Source: Escherichia coli
Lineage (GTDB): Bacteria > Pseudomonadota > Gammaproteobacteria > Enterobacterales > Enterobacteriaceae
DNA: 64,000 nt
Assembly (NCBI RefSeq): GCF_044324875.1
Contig: NZ_CP172186.1
Strand: one strand, 5' to 3'
Part shown: positions 18,798 to 30,062 of the stretch, piece after piece
Layout: each line of letters opens with the position of its first letter
Numbering within the stretch: position 1 is the first letter of the stretch
Program-made: the position numbers and the translations under genes
The notes under the pieces: generated by a model
What the model was told of the DNA's origin: nothing
Database searches by the model: none
The model's input: only the letters and a program-made list of their open reading frames with translations

Positions 18798-19367
18798 TCA
18801 GTACTGCCGGTGGGTAATGGCCAGCCATGTGGCCTGTTTCCAGCCGTGCCGGGCCTGCAGGTAATCGGGGAAGGTGCCCTGTTCGTCCTCGCTGACCCGC
18901 CGTTCATTCAGCTGCCAGAGGCGGTATGACGCAATCAGGGCTTTTGAGGCACACAGTGCTGCAATGGTGCTCATCAGTAACAGGCAGACCAGGATACGTA
19001 TCAGGGTGATGACCGGCAGTGCGGTGGCCGCAAGGGCCATACCACACAGCAGAAGTACCGGTATCATCATCAGCCAGAATCCTGTCCGCCAGAACATCCT
19101 GCGACGTCGCAGACGCCGGTCCAGTTCGTCGACCGTCAGTCCGCTGGCCCTGACCGCTTCCTCCCAGGTCATACAGACCGGACTCTCCGGTTGCCGGTCG
19201 GGCATGAGGCGCTTCAGGCGCGTTTTATGCTGGTCCAGCATATGGCGGCAGCTGCGCAGCATCCAGCGGGTTTCTGCCAGTGGTGCGAACAGATTTATCC
19301 CTATATCACCGATGCGGCGGAGACGGGGGGCCGGTTTTTTTTCGTCGATGCTGTTGTCGTCTTTCAT
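18798..19367 (-). CDS. traX: TraX membrane protein
   Basis: 189 aa, TM helices; synteny traU-V-W-X-Y. Confidence 0.55.
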   Translation of the reverse strand: MKDDNSIDEKKPAPRLRRIGDIGINLFAPLAETRWMLRSCRHMLDQHKTRLKRLMPDRQPESPVCMTWEEAVRASGLTVDELDRRLRRRRMFWRTGFWLMMIPVLLLCGMALAATALPVITLIRILVCLLLMSTIAALCASKALIASYRLWQLNERRVSEDEQGTFPDYLQARHGWKQATWLAITHRQY

Positions 19368-20569
19368 CTTACGCTCCCCTGGCTCATGGCCTGTGACAGT
19401 TCGCCAAGGCGCTGTCCGTAATACTGCCGTGCGGCCAGCGCAAGTTGCTGCCCGGCGATAACGTTACCCTGACGAATCTGCTCTTTCAGGTCGTTCATCT
19501 GCCAGTTCAGCAGGGCGGTGGTGCGCAGCAGTTCACGGAGAAGGTTATCGCCTTCCATGCCCTGCAGATCCTGCTGCCAGTCGGTGTTTGCATAGCGTCT
19601 GCCGGCTTCAAAGGCCTCAAACTCCCGCTGGCTCATGTGACCACGGGTGCGGGCCTCTGATGATGCGGTCCGGTCAAAATATGCCGCAGCGGATGGTGAC
19701 TGCAGGGCTTCAGTCAGCGCTCCACGGGTGGCCTCATTAGGGGTGCTGTCAGCTATCAGTGACAGTTGCGGATGAGAGGCGGCATCGATGATGCCGTTGT
19801 ATTCATTCTGCAGGCCCACATACGTGCGCCCGGTCTGTGTTCCCACTTCACCTTTCCCCGGGGCACGACCCGCTGACGGTCTGGCGGTGTTTTTCATGTA
19901 AGCCGTGGCAGCATCAATCTGTTTCTGATCCCAGGTGAGGGCGGCAGGGGTATCTGCTGTGCCTGCACCCTGATAGAGCGATCGCACCTGGCTGTCTCCG
20001 CCCGGCAGCTCGCCCACGGCAGGGCAGACATCGGTTCCGCCAAAGCGGGCATATTCAGCTTCCGTGCAGTAACCGGCATGAATGCCTGCACTGTCATATG
20101 CCTCGCGGGTTGGTGAGTCTGCTGCCCGGGAGAGACGTTCACGGATGAGTTTACTGCTGACGCCTCCTCCCTGACTCAGACGTGCAGCCGCAGACGCTGC
20201 TGCACGGCGACTTTCAGCTGCAACTCCGGAGGCGGATTCACTGCAGATGGAGTCCGGCACGCTGAAGCTCTTCCGGGCTTCCTCAAGCCGGCGGGTTTCA
20301 TTACTGAATATCATCTGCTGACGGGTGGCCTGCCCATCCTGTGCGATGACAGAGGCCAGCTTCTCTGAACTCTGGTTGATGGCTGTGCCGGTGGCTGTCT
20401 GCATACGGACCATCTCTGCCATCACGCCCTGAATGGCGGCCAGCTCCGGCATGATTTGTGTGGTGACAGGCTGGCTGGCCACTACGGTCACAGAATAGGC
20501 GTGGGTGGACGGGATAACCGCACAGCCTACCAGGAGTGCAAGCAGTGTGGTTGCTGGTTGTCTTTGCAT
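19364..20569 (-). CDS. traW: TraW lipoprotein
   Basis: Lipobox LLVGC after internal Met; ORF-track start at 20674 probably too far upstream. Confidence 0.6.
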   Translation of the reverse strand: MQRQPATTLLALLVGCAVIPSTHAYSVTVVASQPVTTQIMPELAAIQGVMAEMVRMQTATGTAINQSSEKLASVIAQDGQATRQQMIFSNETRRLEEARKSFSVPDSICSESASGVAAESRRAAASAAARLSQGGGVSSKLIRERLSRAADSPTREAYDSAGIHAGYCTEAEYARFGGTDVCPAVGELPGGDSQVRSLYQGAGTADTPAALTWDQKQIDAATAYMKNTARPSAGRAPGKGEVGTQTGRTYVGLQNEYNGIIDAASHPQLSLIADSTPNEATRGALTEALQSPSAAAYFDRTASSEARTRGHMSQREFEAFEAGRRYANTDWQQDLQGMEGDNLLRELLRTTALLNWQMNDLKEQIRQGNVIAGQQLALAARQYYGQRLGELSQAMSQGSVR

Positions 20570-21147
20570 TCTTTTTTCTCCGTTTTCAGGGGATACAGGA
20601 TGTCTGGTACGCGGTGACTGTGTGATTCCGGCAGCGGAGCCAGCGGGAAACACTGGAAGCGGCGCGTGATCCATCCCTGACGGTTACGGTTATCGATGAG
20701 CGTGAAGGTACGACGCTTCACGCGTTTCAGTGTCGGGGTGTCGCTTTCCATGACCGGCCAGTCTCCGGCTGTGAGTGCCGGTGTGCCGGGGACATCCGGC
20801 CACAGCCAGGTGTTGTCAGACATCAGCGCCGTGAGAGGCGAGGGCAGAAGCCAGTGAATGACATGCTGTATATCAAAAGGCGGTCGCTCCGGCACGTTAA
20901 CCTGCCAGGTGGCCGTTGTTATCAGCGTGCCTGTCTCTCCGGGCAGGGCCAGGCGAATACCACTCATCTCCCCGTCAGCCCGTCTGTCACTGGCAAAAAT
21001 GACCCGGGGATTGGGGGACGGTCGCAGTGTGAAGCAGGCGGACGGCAGGGTGAAGCTGAAACTGTCACCGTCCACGCGCAGCGTTTTCAGGAAGACCTGT
21101 CCCCGTGCAGGACGCCGGCAGCGGGGAGTGATGTGTATGCTGTACAT
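20527..21147 (-). CDS. traV: TraV
   Basis: 206 aa, stop/start coupled to traU; assigned by synteny. Confidence 0.5.
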   Translation of the reverse strand: MYSIHITPRCRRPARGQVFLKTLRVDGDSFSFTLPSACFTLRPSPNPRVIFASDRRADGEMSGIRLALPGETGTLITTATWQVNVPERPPFDIQHVIHWLLPSPLTALMSDNTWLWPDVPGTPALTAGDWPVMESDTPTLKRVKRRTFTLIDNRNRQGWITRRFQCFPLAPLPESHSHRVPDILYPLKTEKKECKDNQQPHCLHSW

Positions 21148-24100
21148 CAGAGGTGATATCCCTGCTTACGGATGAGTTCCGCAGCCAGATCATGGATGAC
21201 GTTTTCACTGTCATGTGTACGGGCGCGGTGTTCTATCAGTGAGGTGGCTGAACCACGGGGAAAGTTTTCTGCCAGGATCTGGCGTGCCCGCAGTGACCCG
21301 AGCTCCTGCGTCAGCGCACGTCTCAGGGCGCTGTCTTTGGGTGAGGAATTCAGAGCCCACAGCTCCAGTGGACCGAGAGTGAATTTCAGGATCCGGGCCA
21401 GCGTACCGTTTTTTACACGGAACACAGCCAGTACCGGGACACCGCTGCCATCCGGTGCAGCCCCTTCCGGCATTTTCAGAAAGCGCCGCAGGGTGACTTC
21501 AGGGACACCAAAATTATCCCGCAGAAACGGAATTTCGTCAGGGCGGTAACGCAGCAACCAGAGGGTGTTGGCGGATTTGAGAACTGCCGGTGGATAGTCC
21601 TGCAGTAGCTGGGTGCTCAGCACTGTGCGTATCCCGAACTTACGCTGCTCCAGCTCCTGGGTGTCCAGGGCTTCCCAGATGAAGTTGATCCCTTTTGCAT
21701 TGTGCAGTTCGTCATAGACTTTGGTCTTGACCTCCTGATCAAGCTGTTCAATGCGGCGGAAAATCACCTCATGGTAGCGTGGGTCGAGATTTTTCCGTAT
21801 TTCCTCCTGATACTGCGGCAGGACAAAATCCCCGCCGGCGATTTGTCCTGCCAGCAGGTACATGATGCCGGTGCGCAGACGCCCGGCAGGTGTCTTGTCA
21901 CCGGCCACATTGTTCAGATCAACGGCCACAACGCGGGTGTCGGGGCTGAGCATAAACCGGGTACAGCCGGACATCATCGGGTAGTCACTGTGTCCCTGAT
22001 CGAGGGCACGGCGGATGTAGTCCAGTAACAATTCTGCTGAGTTATCGCGCTGAACTGTGCCGAACACATCCCGGATGGATGGCTGTCCCAGCAGGGCGGA
22101 CATTTCAGCCAGCAGGGGCATGGCCTGGTAGTGTGCCCGCTGGGCTGCGGGGATATTGCCAGCCATATGCAGCATGTCCCTGATTTCAAACCAGGTGGCA
22201 GCATTCCACCATCCAGAGTCATGTTGTTCTGCGATGCCACTCTCTTCCAGGGCGAGATCCACAAGGGGCTCTGTTCCTGCACGGTACAGTCTGGGGTTGT
22301 TTTCGCCATACTCCCTGAAGGCCAGATCCACCAGGTTGCTTATGATTTGCCGGGTGTCACCGGGATTACAGGGCTGACCGGTGCCGGTATCCACGCACAG
22401 TGCGCAGAGTACAGATACCATGAAGTTCTTTTCCGGGGTGGCGGGTTTTTTAGCACCGTACATCACATCAAACAGGTTACGGGTGTGTTCCGGATCATTG
22501 CTCAGAATGATCCCCACGGCTTCGTCCTTTCTCTGCTCCGGCAGGCTGTCACGGATAAGCTGTACCAGTCCCTGTGCACTGAATCCCTTGTCGATATAGG
22601 CAATGAAAGGCAGGTTCTTCTGGGCTGAGGCTATCTGGATCTCCGACAGTGCGTTGATGAGTACCGATTTGCCCAGACCGGGTGCGCCGGGCGTCAGTTC
22701 CGTGTGCTTGTTCTGTTGTGACGATGCCAGTGCGACCTCCCATGCAGAGCCGTCCTCGGTGTGCATCATCAGATTTCCCTGTCCCCGCCAGACAGAGCCT
22801 GCCCTGTTCAGGGGAAACAGGGAAAGGGCGTGTGAAAGGGGCGGGTAAAGGGGGATCGGGCCGGAGCTGTGGGAGGCTGCCAGAACCGTGTTCACCCAGG
22901 CACGTCTCGGATCACCGAAGGTGGTGGTGGTGCCGCATACCCCCCAGCCTTCCAGCGCAGATTTCAGGAGAGCCTGGTTACGGGTACAGACTTCCCGGCT
23001 GTTTCCCCATGTGGTGGCAACAATGGTCATGATACAGACCGGATCATGTTTGTTGATGTCATTCAGCATCATCACCGAGTCATACATGGGCCGGAGAGGG
23101 GAAATAAAGCTGCTGTAGGTTAGCAGGGTTTTCTTGACTCCAAGCGCCTTCATGCCGCCGGGCATCAGATCCATCCGGATACGCCAGGGGATTGCGCGGG
23201 GCACATCCCTGACCAGCTGGTTGAATGTCCGCAGATTCTGGGGTGGCAGGGTAATGGCGACCATACCGTGCCAGAGGTCACCGGCCTTTATCAGGCTGCC
23301 GTGTGTTTCAGGCTGTGTGGTGAATAACTGCAGATTCAGCGACGGTGCGTGGAATACAGAGGTATCCTCGCCCTGTCGCCAGCCGGCAGGACGGGCATCT
23401 TCAGGCAGATGAGGCTGCCATACTGCAGGTGTGCTGTTGCGCTCCAGTTGACGGCGGATTTCCCGTCCCACTTCATGAATATCCATCAGGCGAACCAGCA
23501 GACCATCAGAATCATGTGTCAGGGCCTGCTCCAGCGTGTCCAGAAAGGCGTCATGCCGTATTTTGAGTGCGGAAAGTGTCCAGCGCCATGGATCCTGCGC
23601 AAATCGGGCTGGCGGAGCGTGTTCAGCGAGTTTCCTGATACGGGTCTGGTGGTCCTTGCGATCGGTCCGGCTCAGCAGTTCTTCAGAGCTCCAGACGGTC
23701 AGCCAGCAGCGTTCCCGGACAAGCCAGGGGGTGAGGGTGGTGACTTTTTCATCCAGAACGTCCTGAAGCAGGATCCCCGTACGTGCGATGGATTTTCGCT
23801 GGGGTAAGAGCATGGCTTCGATTTCATCCCTTCCACGCTCCGGATCGCGTTCGAAAACAAAACTGATTTTGTGACCGGTGTTTTTATAGGCAGTGTTCAT
23901 TCGCTCTGCCAGCGCTGTAATCAGTGATTCCAGTGTGCCGGGGGCTGTCAGGTCCGGGTTTTCATCCATTTCTTTCAGGGCACCGCTGATTTCAAAGACG
24001 GAAAGGTAATACCCCTGTTTTGTGGTGGCAATGTAGGGGGCTTTCAGCCAGGGGCGGCGTTCGCGGTCCTGTTGGTCCAGACCGATGACGGTGTGCAGAT

Positions 24101-24203
24101 CACAGTAATCGGGGAAGAATGCGGAAACGGAATACCGTGACAGGGTACTGATACAGTCTTCAATGGCAAAAATAATGCGGTTGATATTCATGGCATGGAG
24201 CAC
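21147..24203 (-). CDS. traU: TraU ATPase (DotO/IcmB-like, VirB4-class)
   Basis: 1018 aa, Walker A GAPGLGKS; size matches IncI1 TraU. Confidence 0.85.
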   Translation of the reverse strand: MLHAMNINRIIFAIEDCISTLSRYSVSAFFPDYCDLHTVIGLDQQDRERRPWLKAPYIATTKQGYYLSVFEISGALKEMDENPDLTAPGTLESLITALAERMNTAYKNTGHKISFVFERDPERGRDEIEAMLLPQRKSIARTGILLQDVLDEKVTTLTPWLVRERCWLTVWSSEELLSRTDRKDHQTRIRKLAEHAPPARFAQDPWRWTLSALKIRHDAFLDTLEQALTHDSDGLLVRLMDIHEVGREIRRQLERNSTPAVWQPHLPEDARPAGWRQGEDTSVFHAPSLNLQLFTTQPETHGSLIKAGDLWHGMVAITLPPQNLRTFNQLVRDVPRAIPWRIRMDLMPGGMKALGVKKTLLTYSSFISPLRPMYDSVMMLNDINKHDPVCIMTIVATTWGNSREVCTRNQALLKSALEGWGVCGTTTTFGDPRRAWVNTVLAASHSSGPIPLYPPLSHALSLFPLNRAGSVWRGQGNLMMHTEDGSAWEVALASSQQNKHTELTPGAPGLGKSVLINALSEIQIASAQKNLPFIAYIDKGFSAQGLVQLIRDSLPEQRKDEAVGIILSNDPEHTRNLFDVMYGAKKPATPEKNFMVSVLCALCVDTGTGQPCNPGDTRQIISNLVDLAFREYGENNPRLYRAGTEPLVDLALEESGIAEQHDSGWWNAATWFEIRDMLHMAGNIPAAQRAHYQAMPLLAEMSALLGQPSIRDVFGTVQRDNSAELLLDYIRRALDQGHSDYPMMSGCTRFMLSPDTRVVAVDLNNVAGDKTPAGRLRTGIMYLLAGQIAGGDFVLPQYQEEIRKNLDPRYHEVIFRRIEQLDQEVKTKVYDELHNAKGINFIWEALDTQELEQRKFGIRTVLSTQLLQDYPPAVLKSANTLWLLRYRPDEIPFLRDNFGVPEVTLRRFLKMPEGAAPDGSGVPVLAVFRVKNGTLARILKFTLGPLELWALNSSPKDSALRRALTQELGSLRARQILAENFPRGSATSLIEHRARTHDSENVIHDLAAELIRKQGYHL

Positions 24204-24366
24204 TCCGGTAAGGATGAATCATCACGGTCTGATATTTTTTGATGCCACAGCAGGGGATGTGGCATGAAAAAACAGCAGAGGAAATAAATAATCTGTTGAG
24301 GGACAGGTGCGTATTTCTGTGTGATTACAGTAAATAATAAAAATGTAATAAGGTGGAAACACGCTG

Positions 24367-24489
24367 TCAGCTTAGTGAATTTACAGGCGGATAAGTGATT
24401 TTATTAATATGTACAACAATAGATTTTCTTCTTTTATTTTGTATAAATACCGGTGGGACATAAAAGAAACGGAGACTGCAGAGACAGAG
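24367..24489 (-). pseudogene. 3' remainder of the tra-region gene split by the Tn3-family insertion
   Basis: Reading frame of 31268-31678 continues in frame across the ATGAA duplication for 41 codons to a stop at 24367. Confidence 0.5.
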
Positions 24490-24526
24490 ATGAAGGGGTT
24501 CTACGCCGGAACCGCCGAAATTTCCG

Positions 24527-25120
<594 letters not shown>

Positions 25121-25148
25121 TAAACTCCCTGAGAAAGAGGTAAACAGA

Positions 25149-25475
25149 ATGACTAAAAATACTCGTTTTTCCCCCGAAGTCCGTCAGAGGGCGATTCGTA
25201 TGGTTCTGGAAAGTCAGGGCGAATATGACTCACAGTGGGCGGCAATTTGTTCCATTGCCCCAAAGATTGGCTGTACACCGGAGACTCTGCGTGTCTGGGT
25301 ACGCCAGCATGAGCGGGATACCGGAGGCGGTGATGGCGGGCTCACCACCGCTGAACGTCAGCGTCTGAAAGAGCTGGAACGTGAAAATCGTGAACTGCGC
25401 CGCAGTAACGATATCCTTCGCCAGGCTTCCGCTTATTTTGCGAAGGCGGAGTTCGACCGCCTCTGGAAAAAGTGA
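25149..25475 (+). CDS. IS3-family transposase OrfA (HTH)
   Basis: 108 aa [19 protein letters not shown]..., leucine-zipper region; overlaps orfB start. Confidence 0.9.
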   Translation: MTKNTRFSPEVRQRAIRMVLESQGEYDSQWAAICSIAPKIGCTPETLRVWVRQHERDTGGGDGGLTTAERQRLKELERENRELRRSNDILRQASAYFAKAEFDRLWKK

Positions 25476-26362
25476 TGCCACTGCTGGATAAGCTGCGTAA
25501 GCTGTACGGGGTCGGACCGGTATGCAGTGAACTACATATTGCCCCGTCAACGTATTACCACTGTCAGCAACAGCGACATCATCCTGATAAACGCAGTGCC
25601 CGTGCGCAGCGCGATGACTGGCTGAAGAAAGAGATACTGCGCGTATACGATGGGAATCATCAGGTATACGGTGTGCGTAAAGTCTGGCGTCAGTTGTTAC
25701 GGGAAGGAATCAGGGTAGCCAGATGTACAGTGGCGCGCCTCATGGCGGTTATGGGACTTGCCGGTGTTCTCCGGGGTAAAAAGGTCCGCACTACCGTCAG
25801 CCGGAAAGCCGTTGCCGCAGGCGACCGCGTAAACCGTCAGTTTGTGGCAGAACGTCCTGACCAGTTGTGGGTGGCTGATTTTACTTACGTCAGCACATGG
25901 CAGGGGGTCGTCTATGTGGCGTTCATCATTGATGTGTTTGCCGGATACATCGTGGGGTGGCGGGTCTCATCGTCTATGGAAACGACATTCGTGCTGGATG
26001 CTCTGGAGCAGGCGTTATGGGCCCGTCGACCGTCCGGCACAGTCCATCACAGTGATAAAGGTTCTCAGTATGTATCGCTGGCCTACACACAGCGGCTTAA
26101 GGAAGCCGGATTACTGGCATCAACAGGAAGTACTGGTGACTCGTATGACAACGCGATGGCGGAGAGCATCAATGGCCTTTACAAAGCGGAGGTAATACAC
26201 CGTAAGAGCTGGAAAAACCGGACAGAAGTGGAGCTGGCCACACTCACGTGGGTGGACTGGTATAACAATCGACGATTGCTGGAAAGGCTGGGCCATATCC
26301 CACCGGCAGAAGCAGAAAAAGCTTATTATGCTTCCATCGGAAACGATGATCTGGCAGCCTGA
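25472..26362 (+). CDS. IS3-family transposase OrfB (DDE)
   Basis: 296 aa, rve domain; made as OrfAB fusion by -1 frameshift in this family. Confidence 0.9.
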   Translation: MMPLLDKLRKLYGVGPVCSELHIAPSTYYHCQQQRHHPDKRSARAQRDDWLKKEILRVYDGNHQVYGVRKVWRQLLREGIRVARCTVARLMAVMGLAGVLRGKKVRTTVSRKAVAAGDRVNRQFVAERPDQLWVADFTYVSTWQGVVYVAFIIDVFAGYIVGWRVSSSMETTFVLDALEQALWARRPSGTVHHSDKGSQYVSLAYTQRLKEAGLLASTGSTGDSYDNAMAESINGLYKAEVIHRKSWKNRTEVELATLTWVDWYNNRRLLERLGHIPPAEAEKAYYASIGNDDLAA

Positions 26363-26405
26363 GTTCACAGATAAAACACTCTCCAGGAAACCCGGGGCGG
26401 TTCAA

Positions 26406-28271
26406 AACGTCAGCCACATCACAAAATGGTAGCTGTTCATAGAATCGCGTCTCTTTTGCCTTATTACGATTGACAACGGGTTTATGCCAAGTCAGCTTCT
26501 GCGTTTCTCTATCGTATATCACATGCTTCAACTTTCCCTGTTTTAGCTCGCGGTTGAATGCTTTCCATTGTCGATGCAGTTCAGACTCCAACTTCTTTAG
26601 TTGTGTTTTGATCGGCTTGTGCAAAAATGGGATATTCATTTCAGCCAGCACCGTCGCCTTTTTTCCTTCTGGTACCAGTTCATCAGAAAGATGACGATGA
26701 CGGAGACTGTTATTGAGGTGGAATTCACCTGCCTGAAAGCGTTTTCTAATCTGTCGGTAGAGCCAGAACTCATAGCGCCCAGCATTCAGTCCAATGACTT
26801 CGCCACTCTCATCAAACTCTAGCAAATACGGGCGTAATCGTTTGGGTAATGTTCCCTTTGGGCATTCTGTTAGTGGTCGCTGCGAAAGCGTCTGCTTTTT
26901 ACTGAATACCACCTTAAGCCAGTTCATGGCTTTTACCCACGGACTATCGCTGACTACACTGTTGAGGTCGAGCGACAGAAATAATGGTCGAAGGTGACGC
27001 CGGATTAATCCGGTCATACCATCGACAGCTTGCCACTGTAATGCCAGTTTGCTGACGGGTTTTACGCTCATACGCTGAGCGGTGGTTTGCAGTGTCTCCC
27101 GTGGCATAATCTTCCACGCTCTACGGCGCACTTCGCCAAAGGTGGTAAAGTCTGAGACACTATCATCAACATAAAGAGACAGCAGTCGTCCGATCTTAGG
27201 CGTTTCACGCCGGTGTTTTTCTTGAACGTCAACCAGAAGCTGCTTAGCTACACGGCGACTCTCATCCTCGATCTTTTTCAAATGGAAAAACATGGCTTCC
27301 ACCAAGTTATCGCTGAACTGACGATAACGAACCCATGCATAACACAGCAGATAAAGACGCGCCTGCTCGGGTTTCAGTTGACGCAGATCGTAAACGGTAT
27401 AGAAATTTGCCAGACTCGCGTAGTACAACAGGTTTTGCTGAGAAATATTCAGTGTAGGTAAAATATTGCAGGCTTTATGGTGCAGTGCTTCCAAAATGGT
27501 TCGTTTTTCCCTTTCTTGGGTCATCTGTCGCCATCCGAAGTCTCGGGCATCTTGCCTGAGAATGGCAAGGCGGGAAAGAGTTTCATCGCGTTCAATCAGC
27601 TTGTTCAAATGAGCAATAGTCGCGTCATCGAGTTGTTCCGTTAAAATATGTCCTAATCTTTGTCTTTCATTAGAAAGGACTTTGCTGACTAGCTCTTGAA
27701 GTGTGGTATAGCCGGGTCTGATAATTTTGTTCTCGTTGAGCCAGATAATTAGCTCTGTGGCAACAAATCCGGGAGTGATATCGCGGTGAACAATATGGAC
27801 AGCTTGTTGTTCAACCAATGAAGACAATGCTGAGGACCATGGACGATAATTATACAATTTGAATATTTTTTCTCGCTGAGCATAGCGTTCATATTTAGAG
27901 GGCGATTGAAGTGGAATTGACTCTCCAGGAAAATAACGACTCAGGATAAAGTTGCAGTCGTCCAAGACATCATGCCAATTGAAATGAAAAAACAGACTTT
28001 TAGCTTTAAAGTAAGCAATCTGCAGAATGCAACAAAGCTGCGCATGAAGCCCTTTTCGACTGTTGACTAACGCTAACTCCGATTCATCCAGAACCAAAAA
28101 CTCTAATTGTTGTGCATCATCGAAATCAGGGAGGCCATAGAGAGCTTCTTGTTCAGCATTACTTAATACCGCTAGTCGTTCACTTTTACCAGCGGCTTTA
28201 CCACCACTTACCATCTTGCCCCCCGAAATTAATGTCCGTAAGAGGATCGTTAAGCGGACAGTAATAACCAC
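26406..28271 (-). pseudogene. tnpA: Tn3-family transposase tnpA, N-terminal ~620 codons (interrupted, internal deletion)
   Basis: Tn3-type TnpA N-terminal region; ORF-track frame runs into IS629; combined fragments shorter than a ~1000-aa TnpA. Confidence 0.8.
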
Positions 28272-28362
28272 TTTTATAATCCGCCTATTTATTAGGCTGA
28301 CGTTGTCTCATATAACTGGTACGATATCAATCTCTTTTATCCCCCCTTAAACGTACATTAAT
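28272..28362. promoter_or_regulatory. Probable res site / divergent tnpA-tnpR promoter region
   Basis: Intergenic between divergently oriented tnpA and tnpR, the usual res position in Tn3-family elements; inferred, subsites not mapped. Confidence 0.4.
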
Positions 28363-28938
28363 ATGACTGGAATCAAGATTGGCTATGCTCGTTGCTCCAC
28401 AGACCAACAAGACCTAACTGCCCAGATAGATGCGCTGATAAATCTAGGCATTTCCACTGACAGGATCTATACAGACAAAGGACTGACTGGTTCAAACCGA
28501 CAGAGGCCGGGCCTAGAACAGGCGCTTGCAGCGGTTCGAGAGGGAGATACGCTAGTTGTTCCAAAACTAGATCGTTTAGCCCGTTCAGTACCTGATGCAA
28601 GAGGTATTGCTGATATCCTACAAGCTCGAGGAGCGAAACTCGCTCTAGGGGACAGTATCTATGATCCAACAGACCCGATGGGGAAAATGTTCTTCAATAT
28701 TCTTGCTACTTTTGCAGAGTTTGAAGGAGACCTTATTCGACTACGAACTAAAGAGGGGATGGCTGTTGCCCGTTCAAAGGGAAAATTGAAAGGAAAACAG
28801 CCTAAATTATCTGAAAAACAACAAAAAGAACTATGCCGTATGCGTGATACTGGCCAGTACTCTATCAGCGATCTAGCGGAACTATTTACCGTCTCGCGTG
28901 CAACGGTTTATCGAACACTTTCACGAGGACAAAAATGA
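28363..28938 (+). CDS. tnpR: Serine recombinase (resolvase) TnpR
   Basis: 191 aa, GYARCSTDQQ catalytic serine motif, C-terminal HTH. Confidence 0.9.
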   Translation: MTGIKIGYARCSTDQQDLTAQIDALINLGISTDRIYTDKGLTGSNRQRPGLEQALAAVREGDTLVVPKLDRLARSVPDARGIADILQARGAKLALGDSIYDPTDPMGKMFFNILATFAEFEGDLIRLRTKEGMAVARSKGKLKGKQPKLSEKQQKELCRMRDTGQYSISDLAELFTVSRATVYRTLSRGQK

Positions 28939-29149
28939 CCGATTTAACTACACAGCAACATCTAGTAAAAATTGTCCATGATTATGCCTGCCCTCAAAAG
29001 GGTCATGGACAGTCCATCAAAGGTTCAAATGGATTACATCTGCATTCAATACCCAGATTACTTCCGCTTTGCTAAATGGATAGAACGGTTGGCGTAGGGT
29101 ATTGTTGATGGTGTAATTAAAGTTCCTAAAGATCATTAAAATATCAGAT

Positions 29150-29188
29150 CGGAAATTTAGGCGGTTCCGGCGTAGAACCCAGAACCCC
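29150..29188. repeat. Internal third copy of the Tn3-family terminal IR (variant terminus)
   Basis: CGGAAATTTAGGCGGTTCCGGCGTAGAACCCAGAACCCC, same orientation as the right-end IR at 31234-31267. Confidence 0.8.
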
Positions 29189-29197
29189 TTATCCGAA

Positions 29198-30061
29198 TTA
29201 TTGTTCAGTTAACTTCATTTCGACAAGTAAAGGTAAATGATCTGAGACAGATGCATATGGCTTACTTTCAGGGGTCGCTCTATCTGACGGTTTAGGAATA
29301 TATACATCTTTAATGTCCCATTTTTGAGCATTTGATGTAAGTATATAATCAATTTTCCTGTCTGGATTCCATGATGGTGCCGTGTACTTCAATTCCTTAT
29401 CAGTGTCATTGAACCATGCTGTTAAATCCAAGTACTCTGTTGATTGAGGTGGTAAATTAAGATCACCCACTATAATTGGAAGTGCATTTTTAAACTGCCA
29501 AGAAGAGAATTTTGTTTGAAGAGTTCTTACTTGCTCTGCTCGTAATGGCTGCGTAGTGAAGTCCAAATGAGTAGTTACTAACATAACAGGCGCAGGATAA
29601 TTAGGGACATCAACTTCTACAGCACAGGCCGCTCTTTGCTCCGCACCTTTGATGTTAGGTAGTTCCATCCTTTTACTCAATTTCAAATCATACTTAGACA
29701 GTACTGCTGTACCATATTCCCCACCATCATGATCTATAGCCTTGCAGAAGTAATAATTCATTCCCAACTTATTAGCTATATACTCTGCTTGATTGACTGG
29801 GTTAGAACCCTCTTTACTAAAGTTCTTACCAGAACGCCTAGTCATGTTATCAACTTCTTGCAGTCCAATAATATCAACATTCATTTTACGAATTGCTTCT
29901 ACAATGGCATCAGTACTCCCCATTCTAGAGGCCATTATGTTATATGACCCAACACGAATACTATCGGTATCTGCTGGACCATCCATGAGGCGATCAGAAG
30001 CTAAAGTTGAAGAGGAAAGAACTATAAACCCTATAACCGCAGCAATGCTTGTTAATTTCAT
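29198..30061 (-). CDS. Secreted endonuclease/exonuclease/phosphatase (EEP, DNase I-like fold) family protein
   Basis: 287 aa, N-terminal signal peptide, SYNIM...GLQEV and C-terminal SDHLP motifs; AT-rich; cargo inside transposon. Confidence 0.7.
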   Translation of the reverse strand: MKLTSIAAVIGFIVLSSSTLASDRLMDGPADTDSIRVGSYNIMASRMGSTDAIVEAIRKMNVDIIGLQEVDNMTRRSGKNFSKEGSNPVNQAEYIANKLGMNYYFCKAIDHDGGEYGTAVLSKYDLKLSKRMELPNIKGAEQRAACAVEVDVPNYPAPVMLVTTHLDFTTQPLRAEQVRTLQTKFSSWQFKNALPIIVGDLNLPPQSTEYLDLTAWFNDTDKELKYTAPSWNPDRKIDYILTSNAQKWDIKDVYIPKPSDRATPESKPYASVSDHLPLLVEMKLTEQ

Positions 30062-30062
30062 T

